A stretch of DNA of 64,000 nt, taken from Candidatus Dojkabacteria bacterium. GTDB taxonomy: Bacteria > Patescibacteriota > Dojkabacteria > B142 > JAFGFJ01. The position numbers were made by a program, and so were the translations under genes. Below, one piece after another: positions 63,199-64,000 of this stretch. Where the stretch lies: assembly GCA_016931155.1 (NCBI GenBank), contig JAFGFJ010000006.1, positions 314,896 through 378,895 on the forward strand, given 5' to 3'. The notes below the pieces were generated by a model. The model was not told the DNA's origin, did no database searches, and was given only the letters and a program-made list of their open reading frames with translations. The stretch's first letter is position 1; each line of letters starts with the position of its first letter.

Positions 63199-64000
63199 AT
63201 GATGCAAATGCCAGATATACAAGAAAATATAGAAAATGAACAAGCTGGATTATTTGATCCAAGTTTTGCATACGAGGATCTGAGACTGCTGGAATATTTT
63301 TCTACGCCTCAACAGGTACTTTCGGATGAGGAAGCAGATAAATATATTGACTTAATAAATACAGTTTTTCAACCCGACTTGGAAGTCAATCGTTCTCACG
63401 CCTTAGGATATAAAGTAATGCTTGGTATGGTGGGTGTCGGGGGTGATTTTGCAGCGGGTCTTGAAGAAATCTCTGCTGAGGAAGATAGACTGCAATATGT
63501 GATAATGATGTCTCGCAGGGATAAGTATGTAAATTATGTAAGTCCATTATACACAAAAGGATATAGTGCTTTAGCGACAAATGATCCTTCTCGAATAAAA
63601 GATTACTCAAAATGGAATTTTAACAACCAGCAGGAAGCGTATGAATATTTTAGTAAGTACATTGAATATGCTAACAGTAATGTTGATTTCATCAAATTTC
63701 TTGGATATATTCTTTATTTTTTGGAACGGAGGGAATCTATTGAGACAGGAATTGATGACAATTCAACTGAGGGGCTAATTCAAATTACATCTGAGAATGA
63801 CTATCTGCATAAAAGTGCGAGGATAGGAATATTTAATTTCTTTATATTTAATCAGATGTATCCACTTGATGATGACAAGAGAAAAACGGTTTTAGAGAGT
63901 CTTGGAATACCTGCGGAGAAGGTTCCAATATTAAACTTGATGGATGATGACCTTGTCAAGACCCTTTGGGAAGAAGATGCGAAAAGCATTGAGTGGGCAC
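63199..64000 (+). CDS. Hypothetical protein, 5' partial view (runs off the window end; not in the ORF track)
   Basis: Hand translation from the ATG at 63199 (MMQMPDIQENIENEQAGLFDPSFAYEDLRLLEYF...KTLWEEDAKSIEWA) stays open for 267 codons to position 64000. No family recognised. Confidence 0.65.
   Translation, partial: MMQMPDIQENIENEQAGLFDPSFAYEDLRLLEYFSTPQQVLSDEEADKYIDLINTVFQPDLEVNRSHALGYKVMLGMVGVGGDFAAGLEEISAEEDRLQYVIMMSRRDKYVNYVSPLYTKGYSALATNDPSRIKDYSKWNFNNQQEAYEYFSKYIEYANSNVDFIKFLGYILYFLERRESIETGIDDNSTEGLIQITSENDYLHKSARIGIFNFFIFNQMYPLDDDKRKTVLESLGIPAEKVPILNLMDDDLVKTLWEEDAKSIEWA

Noticed and set aside
1-64000. Alternative genetic code (UGA recoded, as in Gracilibacteria/Absconditabacteria).
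   Set aside because: Full-length conserved genes terminate on TGA at the expected length (infA at 19699-19701, the DUF4012 gene at 29232-29234, gltX at 45570-45572). No conserved protein needs read-through of an in-frame TGA, so the standard bacterial code fits.
1-64000. CRISPR array, rRNA genes or IS elements.
   Set aside because: Reading the intergenic regions, I saw no regularly spaced 25-40-nt repeats with unique spacers, no rRNA-like conserved blocks, and no transposase-like ORF or terminal inverted repeats. The only tandem repeats found (6-bp x7, 18-bp x~5, 38-nt x2) do not have CRISPR architecture.

Overview
AT-rich, very gene-dense bacterial chromosome segment. Most spacers are short and many stop/start codons overlap. 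It uses the standard genetic code: conserved genes end on TGA and contain no in-frame TGA. Gene content and order look like a Candidate Phyla Radiation / Patescibacteria-type genome. Positions 1-23.8 kb are core information processing: nusA-ylxR, a divergent rlmN, fusA, tuf, then an S10-spc-alpha ribosomal super-operon running rpsJ to rpsI. That operon has no rpmD (L30) and no adk, carries an extra membrane-protein gene between rplC and rplD, and many of its proteins have Lys/Glu-rich tails. Positions 24-34 kb hold an envelope cluster (GT39 glycosyltransferase, PEGA protein, degenerate-SDR/DUF4012 fusion), greA, a four-gene T4SS-like module (PrgI-like fusion, unknown 227-aa protein, VirB4-like ATPase, small membrane protein) and RNase P RNA. 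Positions 34.7-44 kb contain a zinc metallopeptidase, secA, a sortase facing a very cysteine-rich surface protein, thpR, a polytopic membrane protein and a CAP-domain protein. Positions 44-64 kb contain gltX, a transglutaminase-like protein with substituted catalytic residues, a PpsA-like protein lacking the phosphohistidine domain, a lipoprotein, an exported nucleoside hydrolase, a CrtC/AttH-like protein, a TGS1-like methyltransferase, tRNA-Gly(UCC), an orphan 424-aa zinc-ribbon protein, a flavodoxin-OFOR-ACD fermentative ATP module, rarA and a partial unknown ORF. I saw no CRISPR array, transposase, integrase or rRNA. The most system-like novelty candidate is the orphan minimal VirB4 module in core-genome context. 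The others are listed as separate findings: the gene inserted in the S10 operon, an EF-Tu with a non-canonical G4 motif, the sortase/Cys-rich pair, the DUF4012 fusion cluster, several tandem repeats, and unexplained ORF-free regions. All calls rest on reading the supplied translations and the DNA by eye. No database search was run.
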